Shown here: piece after piece, positions 10,101-19,400 of the stretch
Layout: each line of letters opens with the position of its first letter
Numbering within the stretch: the stretch's first letter is position 1
Origin: Pseudomonadota bacterium
Lineage (GTDB): Bacteria > Pseudomonadota > Alphaproteobacteria > Sphingomonadales > Sphingomonadaceae
Direction: 5' to 3'
Assembly: GCA_038532305.1 (NCBI GenBank)
Contig: JBCBAX010000001.1
Span: forward strand, 264,795 to 328,794
DNA length: 64,000 bases
Made by a program: the position numbers and the translations under genes
Notes under the pieces: generated by a model
Database searches by the model: none
What the model was told of the DNA's origin: nothing
The model's input: only the letters and a program-made list of their open reading frames with translations

Positions 10101-10684
10101 AACAGGCGCAGACTTTCCAGCTCATCACCAAAAAAATCGAGCCGCAGACCCTGATCGAGGGACGACGGGAAAATATCAACAATTGACCCGCGCACTGCAA
10201 ATTCGCCGTGATCCACCACCGTATCAGTGCGCGAATATCCTTGGCGGGTGAGAAGGGCGGCAAGGCTGTCATGCCCGATCACAGTGCCTGCCTTAAACTC
10301 GCGCACACTTTCGCGGATGCGGAACGGGGTGAGCGCGCGTTGGAGACACGCATTGATTGTGGTCACCAGCAATTGGGGTTTTGCGCCGCCCGATTGCAGC
10401 TTGAATAAAGCGGACAGCCGCGCCGCGCTGATCGACAAGGCGGGCGAGGCGCGGTCATAAGGCAGGCAATCCCATGCCGGGAATTCCAGCACGTCCACCT
10501 CAGGCGCAAAGAATCGCGCAGCCTCAGCCACCGATCTCATGGCGGCATCATCAGCTGCGATAAACACCGCTCGCCGGGATGCAGCGCGTGCCAGATCGCT
10601 CATCACCAATGGCACAGCCCCGCGCGGGAGGGAGGCGAGAGTGAGCGCGGATTTCGCGTTTAGGATGCGGGAAAGGTCGGGCAT
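7178..10684 (-). CDS. mfd: Transcription-repair coupling factor Mfd
   Basis: 1168-aa ORF with a CarD/RNAP-interaction region, superfamily-2 helicase motifs (GDVGFGKTEVA, DEEQRFGV, TATPIPRTL, QLRGRVGRS) and a TRCF C-terminal domain. Confidence 0.95.
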   Translation of the reverse strand: MPDLSRILNAKSALTLASLPRGAVPLVMSDLARAASRRAVFIAADDAAMRSVAEAARFFAPEVDVLEFPAWDCLPYDRASPALSISAARLSALFKLQSGGAKPQLLVTTINACLQRALTPFRIRESVREFKAGTVIGHDSLAALLTRQGYSRTDTVVDHGEFAVRGSIVDIFPSSLDQGLRLDFFGDELESLRLFDPSTQRSTGRLDEHLLLPASEALLDPDSIKRFRSRYREQFGASATQDPLYEAVSDGRRLAGMEHWLPLFEDKLATVFDHLNKDDAVVIDQSALGAAEERLKDIADYHEQRTRVAGDKSGSYRPLAADSLYLAQSELNEALDQAAAHKASVFAAPDGNNALDFGFKASRDFTPERARGDNVYEAASKHFASLAKSKRKPLFAAYSKGSAKRIASILEEAGTPTALANTWQEALGAAAKGQATAMVLPLETGFANDDLELLTEQDVLGDRLVRRKKKRKGSDAFLAELQALAKGDLVVHVEHGIGKYLGLDPVPVGKSQHDCVALEYHGGDKLFIPVENIDVLSRYGSSEDAVPLDRLGGEAWQKRRARLKERITAIAGELMKVAAQRALKKAPVFEAEEASYNQFVDRFPWEETDDQDAAIADVLRDLESGKPMDRLVCGDVGFGKTEVALRAAFVAAMNGQQVAVVAPTTLLARQHYQNFAERFAGFPLNVGRLSRLVSSKEASETREGLAAGNIDIIVGTHAILSKSTEFKNLGLVIVDEEQRFGVTHKEKLKTLRADVHMLTLTATPIPRTLQMAMTGLRELSTIQTPPVDRLAVRTYVMEWDEMVMREALLREHHRGGQSFIVVPRISDMADVEEWLRETVPEVKCVSAHGQMGANEIEERMSAFYDGKYEVLLSTTIVESGLDLPSANTIIIHRADRFGLAQLYQLRGRVGRSKLRAYAYLSYEKDVQLSEIAEKRLKVLGDLDSLGAGFQLASHDLDIRGAGNLLGDEQSGHIREVGFELYQSMLEDAIMAAKAGEAGLEASRDALSPQITVDAPIMIPEDYVPDLAVRMALYRRLNQAQDKAEIESMAAEMIDRFGDLPAPTQNLVRLIEIKHQAITANIAKIDVGARGTLVTFHKDSFPDGPGLIAYVDKLNSGREGTAKLRPDMKLVINRAWGDPQSRLNGLFQLTKGLSRIAQKAERKRTKKAA

Positions 10685-10757
10685 GGATACTTTTCCAACT
10701 CGAAAAGCCCTGAGCGTTTCCGCACAGGGCTAAATGGACTGGTGATGTGCGCGCCGC

Positions 10758-11036
10758 TTAGCGCGGAATGTCGACGTAATCGAGCTTCATCATGGCTTCG
10801 ATCAACGGTCCGGCAAATTTTTCGGGCACATCCTGCGTTTTCAATGCCCACGCCATGATGTCTACATCGTCTTCTTCGAGCAGGTTTTCGAACCATTTGA
10901 GTTCAACCTCGCCCCAATCGGCAGAGTAGCGGTCGAAAAAGCCGCCTATCATATAATCAGCTTCGCGTGTGCCGCGGTGCCAGCTGCGGAATTTGGCGCG
11001 GGCCATACGGGCCTCGAATGTGGGGGTGTCGGTCAT
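10758..11036 (-). CDS. sdhE: Succinate dehydrogenase FAD assembly factor SdhE (DUF339)
   Basis: 92-aa ORF with the RGTREADYMIGGF and W.ENLLEEDD.DI..W pattern typical of SdhE/Sdh5. Confidence 0.85.
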   Translation of the reverse strand: MTDTPTFEARMARAKFRSWHRGTREADYMIGGFFDRYSADWGEVELKWFENLLEEDDVDIMAWALKTQDVPEKFAGPLIEAMMKLDYVDIPR

Positions 11037-11072
11037 CGCATTGAGGTAGTGGCTTGAGCGCGCCCTATCAAC

Positions 11073-11176
11073 TCGTCATTGCGAGGAGCCGCAGGCGACG
11101 CGGCAATCCAGCATCCGCCTTTTCAACATTCACAAACGACGGTTGATGGATTGCTTCGCTTCGCTCGCAATGACGA
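11073..11176. repeat. REP/MITE-like element with 13-bp perfect terminal inverted repeats
   Basis: Left arm tcgtcattgcgag..gcaatcca (11073-11110); right arm tggattgc..ctcgcaatgacga (11147-11176). The arms are two diverged inverted copies of one roughly 30-38-bp unit. A third partial copy, ctcgcaatg, at 11197-11205 covers the recG ATG. Confidence 0.6.
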
Positions 11177-11202
11177 AAAGGTGATGTTAGCAGGTACTCG
11201 CA

Positions 11203-13266
11203 ATGCGCCCGGATATCCTCAACCCTCTGTTTGCGACAAGCGACACGCTGAACGGTGTCGGGCCTAAACTTGCCAAGCCGCTCGAAAAACTGGGCCTCTC
11301 TCGGTTGAAGGACTTCACCTATCACCTGCCAGACCGCTTTGTGACACGGCGCGTGATTGCTGATTTGGATGAAGGGAGCGAGGGCGAGCAGGTTATCATC
11401 GCGCTCACGCCCACAGAGCACCGTTCTGCGCGCAATCCGGGGCGGGGGCCATACAGGGTTCTGGCGCAGGACGAGGTGGGAAATATCTGCGCGCTTACCT
11501 ATTTTGGCCGCGCGTCATACACGGCGAAAAAGCAATTGCCCGTGGGAGAGAAACGCTGGGTCGCGGGGCGATTGGACCGGTATGGCGATATGCTCCAGAT
11601 CGTACACCCAGACCATGTGGAGAAAGACAGCGCAGCGCATCTCGCTCGGTTGAATGAGCCGGTTTATCGCCTGTCGGAAGGTCTAACCCAGCCGCGCGTT
11701 TCTGGATTGATCGCGCAAAGTTTAGCGAAAACCCCCGAATTGCCTGAGTGGATTGAGCAAGGGCAGTTTGCGAAATCTGATTGGCCAAGCTGGCGCGATG
11801 CGCTGCATCTCGCTCACAAAGGCGAACACGAGAAAGCCCGCGAACGTCTGGCCTATGACGAACTCCTCGCCAATTCTCTGGCGCTGCTTTTGGTGAAAGC
11901 AGAAGGGCGGCGGCGCAAGGGGCAAGCTTTAAGGGGCGATGGATCGCTGCGCGCAAAACTCAGCCTACCATTTGAGATGACGGGCGCTCAAAAACGTTCG
12001 ATAGCTGAAATTGAAGGCGATCTTCAGCAAGAAGCGCCTATGTTGCGACTGCTACAGGGCGATGTGGGTGCGGGTAAAACGGTTGTAGCGCTCGCTTCAA
12101 TGCTGGTCGCGGTTGAAGCGGGCACGCAGGCCGCGATGCTGGCGCCGACAGAAATCCTTGCGCGCCAGCATTTTGAAACCCTTCGCCAATTGGCCGCTCC
12201 CACCGGTGTGGAAATCGCGCTGCTAACGGGCCGCGCCAAAGGCAAAGAACGCGAGAGCATTCTGATGGGCCTGTTAGATGGCTCAATCGATATTCTCGTA
12301 GGTACACATGCAATTTTTCAGGACACGGTAAACTACAAGGATCTGGGCCTAGTCGTGATTGATGAGCAACACCGTTTTGGCGTTGCTCAACGTCTGGCGC
12401 TGGCGGGGAAGGGCAAGCGTGCGCCGCATACCCTTGCGATGACAGCCACACCCATCCCGCGTTCTTTGACGCTTGCGCAATATGGCGAGATGGATGTGAG
12501 TCGTCTGGATGAACTGCCACCGGGACGCCAAGCGATAGAAACACTGGTGTTTCCGCAAGGCCGATCAGAAGAAATGGTGGCGGCCATGGGTCGGCATTTG
12601 GCCACAGGACAGCAGGCTTACTGGGTCTGTCCCATGGTTCGGGATAGCGAAGTGGCTGATATTGCAGCTGCTGAAGCGCGGTATGCCGAACTGAAAGAGC
12701 ATTTTGGCGACGATGTTGTTCTCGTCCACGGACAACTGCACCCTGATGTTAAAGATGCGAATATGGAGCGATTCGCAAGCGGCGCGGCAAAGCTGCTGAT
12801 TGCGACGACTGTCATCGAAGTGGGCGTGGATGTGCCTTCGTCTACGCTGATGGTGATTGAACAGGCGGAACGTTTTGGCCTTGCACAGCTTCACCAATTG
12901 CGTGGGCGCGTGGGCCGGGGTTCTGAGAAAAGCCGGTGTGTACTGCTGCGCGGGGATGAGCTTTCCGAAACGGGCAAGAAACGCCTTAGCTATGTAAAAG
13001 ATTCCCAAGACGGTTTTGATCTTGCGGAAAAGGATCTGGAATTGCGCGGTGGGGGCGAATTGCTCGGTACGCGGCAATCAGGCGAGGCGGCGTTTCGCAT
13101 TGCTGACCTCGATCAAGTGCAAAAACTGCTGCCCATCGCCCATGCCGATGCGCGGATGTTGATGGAACATGATGGCGGCTTGACCTCAGACAGGGGTGAA
13201 GCGGCGCGCATTTTGCTGTATCTGTTTGAACGCGACTGGGGAGTGCAATTGCTGCGAGGGGGTTAA
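11203..13266 (+). CDS. recG: ATP-dependent DNA helicase RecG
   Basis: 687-aa ORF with a wedge-domain N-terminus plus helicase motifs GDVGAGKTVVA, DEQHRFGV, TATPIPRSL, QLRGRVGRG. Confidence 0.95.
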   Translation: MRPDILNPLFATSDTLNGVGPKLAKPLEKLGLSRLKDFTYHLPDRFVTRRVIADLDEGSEGEQVIIALTPTEHRSARNPGRGPYRVLAQDEVGNICALTYFGRASYTAKKQLPVGEKRWVAGRLDRYGDMLQIVHPDHVEKDSAAHLARLNEPVYRLSEGLTQPRVSGLIAQSLAKTPELPEWIEQGQFAKSDWPSWRDALHLAHKGEHEKARERLAYDELLANSLALLLVKAEGRRRKGQALRGDGSLRAKLSLPFEMTGAQKRSIAEIEGDLQQEAPMLRLLQGDVGAGKTVVALASMLVAVEAGTQAAMLAPTEILARQHFETLRQLAAPTGVEIALLTGRAKGKERESILMGLLDGSIDILVGTHAIFQDTVNYKDLGLVVIDEQHRFGVAQRLALAGKGKRAPHTLAMTATPIPRSLTLAQYGEMDVSRLDELPPGRQAIETLVFPQGRSEEMVAAMGRHLATGQQAYWVCPMVRDSEVADIAAAEARYAELKEHFGDDVVLVHGQLHPDVKDANMERFASGAAKLLIATTVIEVGVDVPSSTLMVIEQAERFGLAQLHQLRGRVGRGSEKSRCVLLRGDELSETGKKRLSYVKDSQDGFDLAEKDLELRGGGELLGTRQSGEAAFRIADLDQVQKLLPIAHADARMLMEHDGGLTSDRGEAARILLYLFERDWGVQLLRGG

Positions 13267-13275
13267 AAACGGTTT

Positions 13276-13968
13276 ATGTTTGGTCCTGATCCAATCGATT
13301 GGTTTGATCCTTCGCCCTATGGGTCGCTGGCATTTTATGGCCACATCGCGATCGGCATTTTGGCTCTCGCCGCTGCCTTTTTGGCATTTGCTGTTCGCAA
13401 AGGAAGCGTGCTTCACCGCCGATCGGGCCTCGTATATATGGCGGCCTGCGCTTTTGTCTGCGCGACTTCTATAGCCATGCTTGTCCAAGCGATGATCCCG
13501 CCACTGGCAATGGCTGTTTTCACCTCAATCTATGCGATTGGCGGGGCATATTTGGCGCTTCGATCCGGTACGCGAAGAGTTCTGCTTGGTGAAAAATCGC
13601 TTTTCGCATTGGAATTGGCGGCCTTTGGATTTTTCATGGCGATGGCGATACCCGCGATTGTTCAGGGTTTCATTCCGTTTTATGCGCCGTTTGTGATCGC
13701 GATCATTCCGGTGATCCTGCTTGCAGGTGATGTTCGTTGGCTCAGAAACCCGGAGAAGCGCAAACAGTGGCGTATCGCGCGGCATCTTTCGCGGATGATC
13801 TGGGGCTTTGTTGTGGTTGTAAGAGCGCCCTTGGTTGAATTGGCGGCAGGAGGATATCTGCCGCGGTATCAAATGCTTTTTGTGGTTGGCCCCATTGTCG
13901 CAGGAGTGGCAATGGTATGGTATTTTCAGCGAAAATTTGGTGGAACACCCTTTGGAAAAGCGTCCTAA
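13276..13968 (+). CDS. Hypothetical multi-pass membrane protein
   Basis: 230-aa ORF with about 6 hydrophobic segments. Starts 10 nt after the recG stop. Family not recognised. Confidence 0.55.
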   Translation: MFGPDPIDWFDPSPYGSLAFYGHIAIGILALAAAFLAFAVRKGSVLHRRSGLVYMAACAFVCATSIAMLVQAMIPPLAMAVFTSIYAIGGAYLALRSGTRRVLLGEKSLFALELAAFGFFMAMAIPAIVQGFIPFYAPFVIAIIPVILLAGDVRWLRNPEKRKQWRIARHLSRMIWGFVVVVRAPLVELAAGGYLPRYQMLFVVGPIVAGVAMVWYFQRKFGGTPFGKAS

Positions 13969-14426
13969 AACAGATCGCGCACGATCGCCTCAGCCGCGGC
14001 GGTTACATCCTCCCATGTGACTTCGAATTGGTCCTCGCCATCATAGTAGGGATCAGCAATCGCAGCTCCTTCGCGGCCCGGTACCATGTCCATCAAAAGC
14101 ATCATCCGTGCCCTTGATCCGGGCGGTTTGACCGCTTCGATATTGCGCAGGTTCTGGTGATCCATTGCAAAGATATGCGTGAAGCGAGCAAAGTCTGCTT
14201 GCGAAAGCTGTCGGCCTTTGAGGCGCGAAATGTCGATGCCGTTTGCAGCCGCTGTGGCAACAGAGCGGGGATCGGGTGGCGAGCCGATATGGTATGCAGC
14301 GGTCCCGCTGCTATCAATCTCAATGTCTAGTCCAGCGCGTTCAGCGGCTGCACGCATTGCCCCTTCGGCCAAAGGAGAGCGGCAGATATTGCCGAGGCAT
14401 ACGAAGAGTAGAGCGGCTTTGGTCAT
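13965..14426 (-). CDS. Low-molecular-weight protein-tyrosine phosphatase
   Basis: Active-site P-loop LFVCLGNICRSPLAEG (CX5R-S) near the N-terminus, a DPYY-type Asp loop (ADPYYDG), and a length of 153 aa. Confidence 0.88.
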   Translation of the reverse strand: MTKAALLFVCLGNICRSPLAEGAMRAAAERAGLDIEIDSSGTAAYHIGSPPDPRSVATAAANGIDISRLKGRQLSQADFARFTHIFAMDHQNLRNIEAVKPPGSRARMMLLMDMVPGREGAAIADPYYDGEDQFEVTWEDVTAAAEAIVRDLF

Positions 14427-14490
14427 CTTAGCCTCTTACTGGACCCAGAGAGCATCACGCAATATGCAGATCCAACACAAGGAGATGTCT

Positions 14491-16275
14491 ATGCGCCCGA
14501 TTGCTCTTGCTCTGAGTTTTGCTGCTGCCACACTATCCGCGCCTGCTTGGGCCGATGCGCAAAGCGATTATGAGGAACTGCGAGAGGAAATCTGGGGAGC
14601 AACGCTGGATAATGCACCCTTGCTTGCCACGAGTATCGGCGACAGGCGCGGCGATGGGAAACTCGTCGATTTATCGTTGGAGAACTATGACCGAATGGCG
14701 ATCCGAAGTGAGGGGTTTCTTGCGCGGCTTTATCAGATCAACCGAAATGATCTTCCTCGGGATTTGCAAGTCGATTACGCCATTCTGCGCCGCAGCTTGA
14801 GCGACGGGCTGAGCGGCGCGCAATATGACCACAATCGCTATCAAATCTTCACCAATCGCGGTGGCTGGTTCACCAATTTCGTCTCGTTACCCAATCGATC
14901 ACCTTTCTTCACCAAGGCTGATTTTGAAAGCTATGTGAGCCGGTTGGAAGCCTATCGCATGGTCAATGAGGCTGGGATTGCCCGCAGTCGTGAAGCGGTT
15001 GCGCGCGGGCTTACCCATGCTTGCGAACCCATGCAGGGCGTTGAGAAAGGGATCGCAGCGCAAGTTGTCGATGACAACAAAGCATCCCCTTTCTGGCGCC
15101 CGGTTTCTGGCGAAAAACCAAACTCCATCAGCGATTCTGACTGGGAACAGATAAAGGAAAATGTGACCGCCGCGATCGAAAATTCGATTGTGCCGTCCTA
15201 CCGCGAGCTTCTGAAATTCTACACTGAAGAATACGCGCCGAACTGTCGCACCGGCACTCCCGGTGTGCTCGCAACACCGGGCGGTAAGGATTATTACGAC
15301 TACCGCGTCAAAAGCTTCACCACGACCGATATGAGCGCGGATGAAGTGCATGAATTGGGTCTGTCCGAAGTTGCGCGCATTCGTGCCGAGATGGAGGATG
15401 TTGCCGCGTCTGCCGGATACGACACGCGCGAAGCTTACATCGAGCACCTGCGAACCGATCCGAAATACTACATGACCGACCCGCAGGAATATCTGCGTTT
15501 CACGCAGGCGCTGGCGAAAGAGATCGATTTTTGGATGCCCAAGCTTTTCGGCAAGCTACCGCGTCAGCCCTATACGGTTCTGCCTATCCCCGCAGCGCAA
15601 GCACCCGGTAACACTACGGCATATTATGAGCCTGGTTCGCTCGATACCGGGCAAGCGGGAATTTATCGACTGAACCTGACAGAGCTGGACCAGCGCCCGC
15701 TTTGGGAATTGCCTGCGCTCGGTGTGCATGAGGCCGTGCCGGGGCATCATCACCAGATCGCGTTGCAACAAGAGCTCGATATTCACCCGCTGCGTGCAAA
15801 CGGCACCTTTTTTACCGCTTTTGTAGAAGGGTGGGGCCTGTATTCAGAGCGGCTCGGGATTGAGATGGGGCTGTACGATACGCCTGCGAAACAAATGGGA
15901 CGCCTGTCCTATGAAATGTGGCGCGCGACGCGGCTCGTAGTGGATACGGGGCTGCATTCCAAGGGATGGAGCAAGAAACAAGCGGTCGATTATATGCTCG
16001 ATAACACTGCGCTTTCGCCCGCCAATATCGATGCAGAGGTCAATCGGTACATCACTTGGCCGGGGCAGGCCTTGGCTTACAAAGTGGGCGAGCTGAAAAT
16101 TCGCGAGCTTCGCAGCCGCGCTGAAGACGCGTTGGGCAGCGATTTCGACTTGCGCGCATTTCACGATACGGTTTTGGAAAACGGAGCGGTGCCGCTTGAT
16201 GTTCTCGAGGCGTATGTGGATCGCTGGATTGCGGGGCAGTTGCCGGAAGCTCCCATAGAGAGCAGCGATAGCTAG
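14491..16275 (+). CDS. DUF885 family secreted protein (metallopeptidase-like)
   Basis: Signal peptide MRPIALALSFAAATLSAPAWA preceded by AGGAG. The HEAVPGHHHQ motif is typical of DUF885. The upstream ORF extension (14179-14490) is antisense to the phosphatase gene. Confidence 0.8.
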   Translation: MRPIALALSFAAATLSAPAWADAQSDYEELREEIWGATLDNAPLLATSIGDRRGDGKLVDLSLENYDRMAIRSEGFLARLYQINRNDLPRDLQVDYAILRRSLSDGLSGAQYDHNRYQIFTNRGGWFTNFVSLPNRSPFFTKADFESYVSRLEAYRMVNEAGIARSREAVARGLTHACEPMQGVEKGIAAQVVDDNKASPFWRPVSGEKPNSISDSDWEQIKENVTAAIENSIVPSYRELLKFYTEEYAPNCRTGTPGVLATPGGKDYYDYRVKSFTTTDMSADEVHELGLSEVARIRAEMEDVAASAGYDTREAYIEHLRTDPKYYMTDPQEYLRFTQALAKEIDFWMPKLFGKLPRQPYTVLPIPAAQAPGNTTAYYEPGSLDTGQAGIYRLNLTELDQRPLWELPALGVHEAVPGHHHQIALQQELDIHPLRANGTFFTAFVEGWGLYSERLGIEMGLYDTPAKQMGRLSYEMWRATRLVVDTGLHSKGWSKKQAVDYMLDNTALSPANIDAEVNRYITWPGQALAYKVGELKIRELRSRAEDALGSDFDLRAFHDTVLENGAVPLDVLEAYVDRWIAGQLPEAPIESSDS

Positions 16276-16321
16276 GGTCGGATTGCATTAATCACGCGAA
16301 GCATGGTTTAAAGCAATTGCC

Positions 16322-17722
16322 CTAAGCCGCTTTAGTTCCCATCGGCTCGGTCGAACCCAGTACGTCTTCGACTACGCGTCTGATATTGACCTGCGCTTTT
16401 AACCGCGCACCCAAAAGCGCGGTGCCTGAAACTTTGCGCTGAACGAAAAGCGTTTCAATCGGCGGAAAGGCCCATGTGTCCTTGTCCTGCGCGATTTCGA
16501 AACCTTCCTCGCGCAGGTCAGGAATAAAGGCGCGGTCGCCAAAATCAAACGGGGCATCGCGCCGCATTTCATTGATGACGATATCGATCATCTTATTGAC
16601 ACGCTCGCCGTGTTTTTCGACCACAACAGGCTGCATAAACCCTGCATCAAGGGTTGCCTGACGCACTTCATCGCGGTTCCCCACAAGACCCGCCTGAAGC
16701 ATCTTGCGATAACCGTTCGCGACATCGGGATCGACCGGGCGGCACGCGCCAAAATCGAGCAAGACGATCTCGCCTGTATCGCGCCGGTATTGGAAGTTTG
16801 CAAAATTGGGATCGGTTTGCATCACGCCGAATTCAAACAGTTCGCGCGTTACAAGGCGGAGGAGGCGGCCGAACACTTCATCGCGTCGTGCCGCAGGTTC
16901 TTTGCCCAATTCCTCAATATCGACGCCTTCCTCAAACGACATCGCAAGGATAGACCCGCGTGTAAGATCTTTGTGCAAGGTCGGCACGACAAAGCCGGAA
17001 ATGCCGGATAGCTTTTCTCGGTATAACTCCAATTGCTGGCCTTCACGTTCATAATCAGCCTCTTCGTGGAGCTGTTTTTTGGCTGCTGCGAGCAATTTGT
17101 CGACTTCTAGTTCAGGCGGGGCAAAGCCTGCAACTTTCAGCAGCGTCATCACATTATCGACATCGCTATCAATGCTTTTGGCAACGCCGGGATACTGCAC
17201 CTTGATCGCAAGCAGTTGGCCATCACGGGTCAGAGCTTTGTGGACCTGTCCGATACTGGCGGCAGCAATAGGGCGCGGGTTAAACCATTTGAATTGCCGA
17301 CGCCAATCATTGCCCCATTCGGCTTTGAGCACTTGGTCGAGCTGTTTGGTTGGCATGAAATGCGCCTGATCGCGCAGGGTTGCGATGATCTTCGCCAATT
17401 CTTCCGGCAGAAATTCGCCCGCATCCAAGCTGATCATTTGCCCCATTTTCATCGCCGCACCGCGCAGGTGCGACAGGCTTTCTGTCAGGCGTTTCGCATT
17501 GGCGGGTGTCAGGATCAGATCGCGCCGGGAAATTGTTTCTCCACTTGTAAGTCTGCGCGCACCTTCTGCGGCCATTCCGCCAGCAACTCCGCCGACAAGT
17601 TTGCCAAAGGTCGCAATGCGTGACACTCGGCCCGCTGGCACGGCGCGGTGGCGACTGCGTTCACCGCGCCCGGCAGGGGATGGGCGTTCAGATTCGGGAA
17701 GATCAGAAAATTCGTCAGACAC
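16322..17722 (-). CDS. ABC1/UbiB-family atypical kinase
   Basis: Contains ..LRGAAMKMGQMISL.., AAASIGQVHKA and LLDFGA motifs of the ABC1/AarF family. The ORF is open to 17869, but that extension overlaps the divergent gene start. GTG 17722 is a best guess for the start. Confidence 0.8.
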   Translation of the reverse strand: MSDEFSDLPESERPSPAGRGERSRHRAVPAGRVSRIATFGKLVGGVAGGMAAEGARRLTSGETISRRDLILTPANAKRLTESLSHLRGAAMKMGQMISLDAGEFLPEELAKIIATLRDQAHFMPTKQLDQVLKAEWGNDWRRQFKWFNPRPIAAASIGQVHKALTRDGQLLAIKVQYPGVAKSIDSDVDNVMTLLKVAGFAPPELEVDKLLAAAKKQLHEEADYEREGQQLELYREKLSGISGFVVPTLHKDLTRGSILAMSFEEGVDIEELGKEPAARRDEVFGRLLRLVTRELFEFGVMQTDPNFANFQYRRDTGEIVLLDFGACRPVDPDVANGYRKMLQAGLVGNRDEVRQATLDAGFMQPVVVEKHGERVNKMIDIVINEMRRDAPFDFGDRAFIPDLREEGFEIAQDKDTWAFPPIETLFVQRKVSGTALLGARLKAQVNIRRVVEDVLGSTEPMGTKAA

Positions 17723-17831
17723 TTGCAATGCGGGCCTTTTGAGGAGGGGCTTTACCAATAAACCCCAATTGGTGCCCCTCGTTCCTGTCTGCAAGCGGGA
17801 ACCGGGTGCGTGCCCATGCGCTTGAGAGGCC

Positions 17832-18302
17832 ATGGACGAGGAAAACAATACCGCATCAACGTCGCTCACACCTACAGCCCGTCTGTTGGGCTATGCTGGG
17901 CTGCTGCCTCAAAGCTTGTGTTTAGGCCTTGCGTTGAGCGGCCATGAATATGCGTATTCGGCCATTGCGGGCGGATTTGCCTATGCTGCTGCGATTTTCA
18001 GCTTTCTTGGCGGTGTATGGTGGGGCCAAGCGATCCAATCAGGCAGAGCCACTGCAGGTGCTTATGTGATCGCTGTGTTGCCCAGCCTGATTGCGGTGGC
18101 GTTGTTTCTGCCGTGGACACTTGGGTGGGAATGGCCGGGACCAGCTTTGATGTATTTGGGAGCGTTTATCGCCCTTTCACCAGCGGTCGACCGAGCCTTG
18201 GGATACAGTGCACGGGATTTTATGCTGTTGCGGGTGCAATTGTCAGCCGGTCTGGGCGTGTTGACTGTAGCTTTGGGGTTTGCAGCGCAAGCTATTGTCT
18301 AA
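17832..18302 (+). CDS. DUF3429-like small membrane protein
   Basis: 156-aa ORF with 4 TM segments and the N-terminal LLGYAGLLPQ motif recalled for DUF3429. Confidence 0.5.
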   Translation: MDEENNTASTSLTPTARLLGYAGLLPQSLCLGLALSGHEYAYSAIAGGFAYAAAIFSFLGGVWWGQAIQSGRATAGAYVIAVLPSLIAVALFLPWTLGWEWPGPALMYLGAFIALSPAVDRALGYSARDFMLLRVQLSAGLGVLTVALGFAAQAIV

Positions 18303-18466
18303 ATGATGTTCGACTAAACCTGTGCCCCATCTTCGGTCTTTTTCGACCGCAAATGGCACAACAGGATTTTCCCTCATAGCCTTTCAATCCGTGATGCGCT
18401 TATATTGTGCGTGAACATCGGTGGGGCATGTGCACAGACTGATGAAAAGCGGGGGCTTTGGTTCGC

Positions 18467-19309
18467 ATGGCGGACAGCACATATCTGATTATTATCGGGG
18501 CGATGAAGGCTGGCACAACCAGCCTTTTTCATATTCTTGACAGCCACCCCGATATCTGCGGCTCATTCGAAAAAGAGCCCAATTTCTTCTGCGAGCCTTG
18601 GCACCGTAGAGTTCATGTGACGGACTATGATGATTTGTGGCCTGAAAGCAAAAATCGCGACTTTCGCTATCTCATGGAAGCATCTGCGTGTTACACCAAT
18701 CCACCCTTGAGTGGGGGCGTGCCCGCGGCGATCGAACAATACCTCGCAGAAAAGCAGGGGGCAAAGGTAAAATTTCTGTACTGCGTTCGCAATCCTGTTG
18801 AGCGGATCGCCTCGCATGTAAACTGGGCTGTTGGATTTTCATGGTTCGATCCCAAAGCATCAGTGACAAGCGCGCGATACTACGGAACGTCGCATTATTA
18901 TGAGCAGATAAAACCGTATCTCGATCGTTTCCCGCGAGAGGATTTTCACCTGGTGGACTTTAACGAATTGGCGAAAGAGCCGCGTAAAGTCGGAGCGGAA
19001 ATCTGCGCGTTTCTGGGTATCGACGATGCTATCGATTACGAAGGAACAATAAACCCACGCAACACCACGAAAAAAGAAACGGTTGCTGAGCGATTGGTGC
19101 TGCGAAGTGCCATTGGCAACCGGGCTTTCAAAAGCTTGCCCTTTCGGGTTCGCCTGTGGCTTCGTCACAAAGTGTTTCCGAAATTTCCGAGCGTTTCAAA
19201 GATTGTTATTGATCCGGCTCAAGAAGCTGAATTGCGCGCTGTGCTTCGTGATGACATGCAGCAATTCAAGCAAGCGCTTGGAGTTGATGTCACCAAATGG
19301 GGTTTTTGA
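18467..19309 (+). CDS. Sulfotransferase-family protein
   Basis: 5'-PSB motif IIIGAMKAGTTSL and 3'-PB motif RNPVERIASH, both PAPS-binding signatures. Somewhat AT-richer than neighbouring genes (about 50% GC by hand count of 18541-18660). Confidence 0.75.
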   Translation: MADSTYLIIIGAMKAGTTSLFHILDSHPDICGSFEKEPNFFCEPWHRRVHVTDYDDLWPESKNRDFRYLMEASACYTNPPLSGGVPAAIEQYLAEKQGAKVKFLYCVRNPVERIASHVNWAVGFSWFDPKASVTSARYYGTSHYYEQIKPYLDRFPREDFHLVDFNELAKEPRKVGAEICAFLGIDDAIDYEGTINPRNTTKKETVAERLVLRSAIGNRAFKSLPFRVRLWLRHKVFPKFPSVSKIVIDPAQEAELRAVLRDDMQQFKQALGVDVTKWGF

Positions 19310-19400
19310 CCGCACTTTGATTGCGAAAGGTCGGGGCACGTTGCTCAAAGTGTGGATAGCGTAGGTGGCAAGAGCGGCTTTGGGCCCTATAGTTTGGCCT

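Noticed and set aside
14179-14490. Upstream extension of the DUF885 ORF.
   Set aside because: It overlaps the phosphatase gene antisense. A proper RBS and signal peptide begin at 14491.
18354-18370. TGGCAC sequence about 100 nt upstream of the sulfotransferase gene.
   Set aside because: There is no GC dinucleotide at the -12 position (tggcacaacaggatttt), so it is not a credible sigma-54 promoter.
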